From positions 1 to 39,190 of the forward strand of contig CAINWY010000125.1 of NCBI GenBank assembly GCA_903854645.1: a stretch of DNA of 39,190 nt. Direction: 5' to 3'. Positions 33,876-39,190 of the stretch are shown piece after piece (the first letter of the stretch is position 1; every line of letters starts with the position of its first letter). This stretch comes from an uncultured bacterium. GTDB lineage: Bacteria; Patescibacteriota; Minisyncoccia; Phycocordibacterales; UBA9973. The position numbers and the translations under genes are program-made. The notes under the pieces are model-generated. The model had not been told where the DNA came from. It made no database searches and saw nothing but the letters and a program-made list of their open reading frames with translations.

Positions 33876-33910
33876 AAAAAAACGGTACCTTTCGGTTGCC
33901 GTTTTTTTTA
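33876..33910. terminator. Bidirectional intrinsic terminator between the small-ORF cassette and pyrD
   Basis: AAAAAAAACGGTACC-TTTC-GGTTGCCGTTTTTTTT, a hairpin with one bulge, flanked by A8 and T8 runs. Confidence 0.75.
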
Positions 33911-33921
33911 CGTATAAATGG

Positions 33922-35037
33922 TTATTTATTATAAAATCCTATAGCCTCCGTCATATTTTTATACCCATCTTTTTTAAGTAAATTTGCCAGATCCTTATTA
34001 ATTTTCCCAACAATACTTGGACCCTCGTAAACCATACCTGTTATCATTTGAACTAGAGTTGCTCCCCTCTTTATCTTTTCATAAACATCCCTTGCCTCAA
34101 ATATTCCTCCGCAACCGATTATGATATATCTATCTTTATATTTTTTATAAACTTCTGTAATAAGATTATTGGAAAGTTGTTCTGTAGGTTTACCACTAAA
34201 GTTACCTTTGCCTGCCAATCCTACCTCTTCTTTGTCTAGAAAAATATTGTCTCTATTTTTTACTAAGTTTGACATTATAACTCCAGAAACCCATTTATAA
34301 TCCTTGGCCACTTCTAGAAGAGCAAAAGTTTCTATTATGCTTTTCTCTGCATGCATTTTTATAAATAATGGTTTATTAAAGTTTAGATAAGAAAGTTTAT
34401 TCAGAAGAATTGAAAAACCGATAGGGTCATCAAACTTCTCTTTAAGATTTTCAATGTTGATCAGGTTCGGGCAAGAAATATTTAATTCAAAATAATCAAA
34501 ATAGTCTGACTTAATAGCATCCCCAAAAGATATAAAAACGTCGTCTGCCATATCTTCTATTTTTTTATAAGGCTTGTTCGTAGAACCGATACTTATACCT
34601 AGAGGAATACTTCCCTCTCTTCTTTTTCCTATCTTTTTTAAAACTAATTTAATCCCTTCACTTTTAAAACCTTTGTTTACAAGAAGCGACTTAGACTTAG
34701 GAAGCCTGCCTAGCATGGGCTTAGGATTACCTGCATAAGGTAAATTTGTAACTGTACCTATAGTATGGAAACCAAAACCTATGACAGGGAGTATGTCTAT
34801 AAGGTCTGCATCATAATCAAAACCGGCGGCAAGACCTACCGGATTCTTAAAATTTATTCCTAAAACTTTTTGATTCAGAATAGAGTTCTCATAAATAAAA
34901 ATTTTTCCAAACAGATTTTTAACAAATTTTATACTCCCAAAATAATTCCCTGTTTTAAGGAAAAAATTATGTACATCATCAGCCGGATATTTAAAGAGTA
35001 TCGGTTTGATAATTTTTCTATATATGAATCCAGTCAT
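33922..35037 (-). CDS. pyrD: Dihydroorotate dehydrogenase, class-2-like architecture
   Basis: N-terminal helical extension (FIYRKIIKPILFKYPADDVHNFF), NPVGLAAGFD, ELNISCPN, and IIGCGGI..GATLVQMITGMVYEGP. Confidence 0.85.
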   Translation of the reverse strand: MTGFIYRKIIKPILFKYPADDVHNFFLKTGNYFGSIKFVKNLFGKIFIYENSILNQKVLGINFKNPVGLAAGFDYDADLIDILPVIGFGFHTIGTVTNLPYAGNPKPMLGRLPKSKSLLVNKGFKSEGIKLVLKKIGKRREGSIPLGISIGSTNKPYKKIEDMADDVFISFGDAIKSDYFDYFELNISCPNLINIENLKEKFDDPIGFSILLNKLSYLNFNKPLFIKMHAEKSIIETFALLEVAKDYKWVSGVIMSNLVKNRDNIFLDKEEVGLAGKGNFSGKPTEQLSNNLITEVYKKYKDRYIIIGCGGIFEARDVYEKIKRGATLVQMITGMVYEGPSIVGKINKDLANLLKKDGYKNMTEAIGFYNK

Positions 35038-35038
35038 T

Positions 35039-35437
35039 TTATTGCTCTGTTGTTACTCCATCATATTCTTCCTCGTTTGCTTCTGCCATGGCTTTACTCT
35101 CTCTTATGATGCCATCCTTGTGGTGAGCAGGACTATATATTGTATAAAGCTTTAAACCACTTGCTCCTGCAATTACATTGTGACTTGAACCAGATGGGAC
35201 TATTACAGCATCTCCATCTTTTACTACATATTCTGTCTCGTTTATTATCACTTTTCCATCACCATTTTCAAAACGGAAAAATTGATCATTATCAGGATGT
35301 ACTTCCATCCCTATATCTTCATTTGATCCTAAACTCATAAGTACGAGCTGGCAATGTGCCCCAGTGTATAAAACTTTCCTAAAATTACTATTTTCTACTG
35401 TTAAACTCTCTATGTTATCTTTGTATCCTTTTTTCAT
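35039..35437 (-). CDS. Cupin-domain protein
   Basis: 132 aa. Cupin-like His/Glu pattern (MEVHPDNDQFFRFENG .. DAVIVPSGSSHNV). Confidence 0.7.
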   Translation of the reverse strand: MKKGYKDNIESLTVENSNFRKVLYTGAHCQLVLMSLGSNEDIGMEVHPDNDQFFRFENGDGKVIINETEYVVKDGDAVIVPSGSSHNVIAGASGLKLYTIYSPAHHKDGIIRESKAMAEANEEEYDGVTTEQ

Positions 35438-35451
35438 AAATTAATTTTATT

Positions 35452-36783
35452 TTAACTAATAATCTCACTAATTGTACTACCTTTTTTGTAAATAATTAAA
35501 TCATAATTTGACGTAGACCACGTTTTCTGTAAAGAATCTAGTATTCTCCAAGTCTCTATAACTTCTTCACTCGTTGAGAATAAACTATGATCCCCATTCA
35601 TGGCATTATATAATACCTGTTCATATGCTTCAGGGAGAGCACTATAATGATCCTTGAATGAGAAGTTTAATGCGTGCTTGCTTACTTGATGTTCATACCC
35701 AGGACGCTTGGCCCATACAGAGAATGATATCCCCTCATCTGGCTGAAGCTTCAAGAGTAATTCATTGGATTCATGATCGCTTCCCTTTTTATAAAAAATT
35801 TTAATTTCAGTAAATTTATCTTTTAATGCTTTACCGGTTGTCAGATTAATCTCGACACCTTCCCATTTTGGGTCGCTTGATTCTAATTCAATTGAAGCAA
35901 AAGTCTCCGTCATACTTTTTTCATTTCCTACCTCTTGCCTATATCCACTATACTGTCCACGCTTTACACTTAAAGATGAGTCATTTTCTTTTATATGAAG
36001 TTTATTTAAAGCTTCATATCTCAATCGAGGAACTTCCTCTATATCTTCATTTTTTGGCATATCCATCAATGTTAATGCTAGAAGCTGTAATAGATGACTT
36101 TGTATGAGATCACGAAGTGCGCCTGTCTGCTCGTAAAAGTTTGCTCTTCCTTCTATTCCTATCTCTTCACTAACTATTACTTCTATTCTACTAATAAAGT
36201 CTTTATTCCAAGTTCTTTTAAATAATGAGTTACCACCTCGAAAGACTATTATATTCTGTGCAGTCTCTTTTGCCATATAATGGTCAATGCGATAAACTTG
36301 CTCCGACTTAAAGTACTCTTCTATATGAGATGATAAATCTTTTGCACTTTCCAAATCGGTTCCAAAAGGTTTTTCCAATAACAGTTTAGTGCATGCTTTG
36401 TTTGCTAAACCAGACTCTCCTATTAAACCTATAATCCTTTTCGATGTAGCTGGTGGTACAGAAAGATAAAATAAATACTCTGCATTTGACCCAAACTCTT
36501 TCTCAATTTCCCCTAGTTTATTTTCTAGTTTTTTATAATCTTTAATATCTTCTAAATCCATTTGAAAAAACTCTGTATTCTCTCTCAGATATTCTTTGTT
36601 TGAAGTATTTTTTAACAAATCATCTATAGCAATATCACTTTTACGTGTCACCCCTAATATCTTAAATTGTGAGGGTATCATACCAGTCTTTGCTATCTCC
36701 CCTATAGCAGGGAGAAGCTTTCTTTTGGATAAGTCGCCAGTTATACCTACTATTATTAATATTGTCGGTTTGTTATTTTTCAT
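35452..36783 (-). CDS. zwf: Glucose-6-phosphate dehydrogenase
   Basis: Dinucleotide-binding N-terminus (LIIVGITGDLSKRKLLPAI), EKPFG, and RIDHYMAKE. Confidence 0.9.
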   Translation of the reverse strand: MKNNKPTILIIVGITGDLSKRKLLPAIGEIAKTGMIPSQFKILGVTRKSDIAIDDLLKNTSNKEYLRENTEFFQMDLEDIKDYKKLENKLGEIEKEFGSNAEYLFYLSVPPATSKRIIGLIGESGLANKACTKLLLEKPFGTDLESAKDLSSHIEEYFKSEQVYRIDHYMAKETAQNIIVFRGGNSLFKRTWNKDFISRIEVIVSEEIGIEGRANFYEQTGALRDLIQSHLLQLLALTLMDMPKNEDIEEVPRLRYEALNKLHIKENDSSLSVKRGQYSGYRQEVGNEKSMTETFASIELESSDPKWEGVEINLTTGKALKDKFTEIKIFYKKGSDHESNELLLKLQPDEGISFSVWAKRPGYEHQVSKHALNFSFKDHYSALPEAYEQVLYNAMNGDHSLFSTSEEVIETWRILDSLQKTWSTSNYDLIIYKKGSTISEIIS

Positions 36784-36791
36784 CTTAGTAT

Positions 36792-36833
36792 TAATTCGTA
36801 ATTCGTAATTCGTAATTTTTAATTGTTAATCTT
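36792..36833. repeat. Six phased heptamers (TAATTCG x3, TAATTTT, TAATTGT, TAATCTT) filling the gnd-zwf spacer
   Basis: A perfect 21-nt (TAATTCG)3 is followed by three degenerate units. The array runs from 8 nt downstream of the zwf ATG position (on the plus strand) into the last gnd codons. Confidence 0.65.
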
Positions 36834-37721
36834 GTGTCCACCAAAAGCATTTCTCATTGATGCAAGCAATTTAGTAGCAAAATTAACTTTACCATTTTGT
36901 GAGGCAAGTCTGACATCAAAAGATGTCTGTATTGCTGGAGCCTCTATACCAAATTCTTTTGCAGCTTCGAGAGCCCAGCGTGCTTCACCTGACTCTGCTA
37001 CAACACCCTCTACACCATTTTGTTCAGGATTATCTTTCAATATATCGCGAGTTAATTCATTTAACCACGAAGTTATCACGCTCCTATGCTGCCACACAAC
37101 TCCTGCTTTATACAAATCTATATTCTTGTATGGACCTTCCTTTAAAAGCCTATACCCTTCAGCTAGACTCTCCATCATTCCATATTCTATAGCATTGTGA
37201 ACCATCTTCACATAATGACCTGAGCCACTTTCACCAAAGTATTCATAATACCCAGTAGGCTCTTTTAAGGTTTCTAGTACAGGTTTAATAATCTCATATG
37301 AATCTTTATCTCCACCTACCATCATCGAAAATCCATTCTGATAACCCCAAACCCCACCTGACGTTCCTATGTCCAGATATGTAGACCCACTCTCTCGCAC
37401 CTTCTCTCCTCTCCTTTTTGTATCACTCCATTTAGAATTTCCACCATCTATCAATATACTTCCCTTGGGAACCAAAGAAAGCCATAAATCAAGCTCACTA
37501 TCTACTACATCCGATGGGACCATAATCCAAATAATTACCTGGTCATCACCAAAGGATGAAACTACTTCTTCTTTTGTATAAGCACCTATCATACCTAGCT
37601 TCTTCATATCATCTACTAAACCACTGCTCCTATTTGAAGCTACTACAATATGCCCTCCTTCATGAAGTTTTCTGGCTATTTGCGAACCCATTCTACCTAA
37701 ACCTGTAATTGATATTTTCAT
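36819..37721 (-). CDS. gnd: 6-phosphogluconate dehydrogenase (decarboxylating), short ~300-aa form
   Basis: Rossmann motif ISITGLGRMGSQIARKL and 6PGDH core motifs (GGNS, GSGHYVKMVHNAIEYG). Confidence 0.85.
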   Translation of the reverse strand: MKISITGLGRMGSQIARKLHEGGHIVVASNRSSGLVDDMKKLGMIGAYTKEEVVSSFGDDQVIIWIMVPSDVVDSELDLWLSLVPKGSILIDGGNSKWSDTKRRGEKVRESGSTYLDIGTSGGVWGYQNGFSMMVGGDKDSYEIIKPVLETLKEPTGYYEYFGESGSGHYVKMVHNAIEYGMMESLAEGYRLLKEGPYKNIDLYKAGVVWQHRSVITSWLNELTRDILKDNPEQNGVEGVVAESGEARWALEAAKEFGIEAPAIQTSFDVRLASQNGKVNFATKLLASMRNAFGGHKINN

Positions 37722-37839
37722 CCCGTTAGAGATAGGAAATCATTAGACTTCCGTACCTTATAAATTAAATTTAATAATATAGACCTAGTAACTTATTTAT
37801 TATACCCCCGCTTTATTTAAAATAATCATTTCTAACGGG
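37722..37839 (-). repeat. 110-nt pgl-gnd spacer bracketed by a perfect 9-bp inverted repeat (CCCGTTAGA / TCTAACGGG)
   Basis: On the minus strand the 5' arm contains the pgl stop codon. The 3' arm ends immediately before the gnd ATG. An internal TATAAT lies at 37799-37804. Confidence 0.4.
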
Positions 37840-38506
37840 ATTCATCTGCTCTGTAGTCCGTAAAAATTGTTAACAATGGGACACTTTTCAATATTTGAGC
37901 TGGTTGTTCATCTATTGATATTTCTTTCTCTAGTTTTTCAATCATTGGCCACTTCATATCACCCACAGCAAAAAGTACTGCTTCATCTAAACAAGAAATA
38001 ACTTTCCCTGTTATAGTAATTCTATCATATTGATGTGTATCATATGCACATATTAACTCATTGGAATTTACTGCTTCTGTGTGTGGCAATATACCAGCAG
38101 TATGACCATCAATACCCATACCAAAAATCCCTATTTTATAATCTGCTTTATCTAATTCTATCTTAATTTTTTCTCTTAATTCTATTGTTGTGTCTTTAAA
38201 GCTTTTCCCAATAAGGAAAGGTATTGACTTTGCTTTTGGCACATCAAAACCAGACTCTAATAATTGAAACCAATTAGAATCAGGATGATTTACCTCACCA
38301 TACCTCTCGTCGGTTAGAGTTATCACAAGATCACCCTCATGTTCTTTATTTATCCTTTCAGCTATTTTAGTTTCAATTTTGATAGAAGATCCACCAGAAA
38401 GAAACCATAACACTCTTTTACCTTCCAATAGCTTAGTATTTATAGAATGAGATATGGAATCTACTATATCTTCGATGTTATTAAAATTTTTAATATTTAG
38501 ACTCAT
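37832..38506 (-). CDS. pgl: 6-phosphogluconolactonase
   Basis: LSGGSS, TDERY and GMGIDGHTAGI motifs of the 6PGL / glucosamine-6-P isomerase fold. It lies in an operon with gnd and zwf. Confidence 0.8.
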   Translation of the reverse strand: MSLNIKNFNNIEDIVDSISHSINTKLLEGKRVLWFLSGGSSIKIETKIAERINKEHEGDLVITLTDERYGEVNHPDSNWFQLLESGFDVPKAKSIPFLIGKSFKDTTIELREKIKIELDKADYKIGIFGMGIDGHTAGILPHTEAVNSNELICAYDTHQYDRITITGKVISCLDEAVLFAVGDMKWPMIEKLEKEISIDEQPAQILKSVPLLTIFTDYRADESR

Positions 38507-38536
38507 ATGGTTTGATTTAAATACAAAAACATTAAA

Positions 38537-39172
38537 TTAATTAATTTCTATAAACACATCTTCTTTAGCGAATCGAATCTTCTTGCCTGCTGCATCCATA
38601 TCATCTACTGATCTATATCCTAATACTATTATCATTTTAGATTCTAGATCTAAAGAAGAAAGTCCTAGCAATTCATCAAGCTTAGCTTTATCAAATCCTT
38701 CCATAGGGCAAGCATCTATGCCAGATATGGCACAGACTGTGAGAAGATTGCCAGCGGCAAGATATAATTGGCAGCTAGCCCAACCTCTCAAATCCTCCAT
38801 AGTTCTTCCCTTGAAACTTCCTTTCATCATTTTACTAAACCCATCCAAATTCGAAATATCAATATTCTTTTCCTTTGCTACAAAATTAATATATTCATCT
38901 ATTAGATTATCATCAATATTCTTTTTGTTTGCAAAAACCAGAAGGTGAGATGCATCTGTTGTCTGTGACTGCCCATAGGCTGCCTCACGAATTTTCTCCC
39001 TCATTTCCTTGTTCTTCACTATTATAAATTTCCATGGTTGTAATCCATAAGATGATGGGGACAGACGTAATGCATCTAATAAACCCTCAAATGTCTCCCC
39101 ATCAATCTTCTTGTCTATATCAAACTTCTTTGTGGCATATCTCCATTTCAATGCCTCTATTATATTTTTCAT
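38537..39172 (-). CDS. Nitroreductase-family flavoprotein
   Basis: RYATKKFD and SSYGLQPWKF motifs, and 211 aa, typical of NfsB/FRase-like nitroreductases. Confidence 0.85.
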   Translation of the reverse strand: MKNIIEALKWRYATKKFDIDKKIDGETFEGLLDALRLSPSSYGLQPWKFIIVKNKEMREKIREAAYGQSQTTDASHLLVFANKKNIDDNLIDEYINFVAKEKNIDISNLDGFSKMMKGSFKGRTMEDLRGWASCQLYLAAGNLLTVCAISGIDACPMEGFDKAKLDELLGLSSLDLESKMIIVLGYRSVDDMDAAGKKIRFAKEDVFIEIN

Positions 39173-39190
39173 CCCAATTTGAAATTATAC

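Noticed and set aside
36792-36833. The heptad arrays might be a CRISPR array or a coding minisatellite.
   Set aside because: - The units are only 7 bp and directly tandem, with no spacers.
- The arrays are 14-42 bp long and mostly non-coding, with no cas genes nearby.
- They are reported instead as a short tandem repeat family.
1-39190. The genome might use an alternative genetic code with UGA recoded, as in some candidate phyla.
   Set aside because: - All conserved genes are full length under the standard code.
- TGA serves as the ATPase stop in the ATGA overlap at 28477-28480.
- I saw no in-frame TGA interrupting recognisable proteins.
1-39190. The window might contain a defence island, prophage or other mobile-element content.
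   Set aside because: - I found no integrase, transposase, recombinase, restriction-modification, Cas, phage structural or tRNA-attachment features.
- The window is dominated by housekeeping genes in long co-directional arrays.

Overview
39.2-kb, visibly AT-rich, densely packed bacterial chromosomal segment with about 41 CDS, mostly on the minus strand. The standard code applies: ORFs are intact and TGA acts as a stop in an ATGA gene overlap. I found no rRNA, tRNA, CRISPR array, transposase or integrase. Gene content and style (small housekeeping set, extended or odd versions of core proteins, no Shine-Dalgarno sites) suggest a small-genome uncultivated lineage such as CPR/Patescibacteria; this is inference only.

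Content in order:
- An OppA-type binding-protein fragment, RNase J, an MFS transporter and a pseudouridine synthase.
- The rpsF-ssb-rpsR operon behind a GC-rich leader.
- tatD-metG, an AI-2E permease, an M16 peptidase, glyQS, a large membrane-anchored beta-rich protein, recO and a serine hydrolase.
- ileS behind a T-box leader, then argS.
- A thymidylate/dUTP island: dut, a DUF1599-like protein, a Nudix hydrolase, glyA, thyA, folA, a kinase-like P-loop protein and dCMP deaminase.
- A CPBP protease.
- A 7-gene ECF-sigma / MacAB-like tripartite exporter operon.
- A PduO-type adenosyltransferase and a two-gene cassette of small paralogous unknowns.
- A redox operon: nitroreductase, pgl, gnd, zwf, cupin, pyrD.

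Most notable observations:
1. ileS carries an in-frame ~200-aa histidine-phosphatase (PGM-like) domain, with its catalytic motifs intact, nested inside the synthetase catalytic core.
2. The ileS T-box has a very short Stem I, with the AUC specifier in a hairpin loop, coupled to an intrinsic terminator.
3. Promoter -10 boxes sit 6-7 nt upstream of the ATG of seven genes, and no Shine-Dalgarno motif was seen anywhere. This points to leaderless mRNAs.
4. Phased heptanucleotide (GTAATTN)n tandem repeats fill several intra-operon spacers.
5. A class-2-type PyrD has Cys at the catalytic-base position.
6. A strongly signalled cassette encodes two paralogous small proteins of unknown function.
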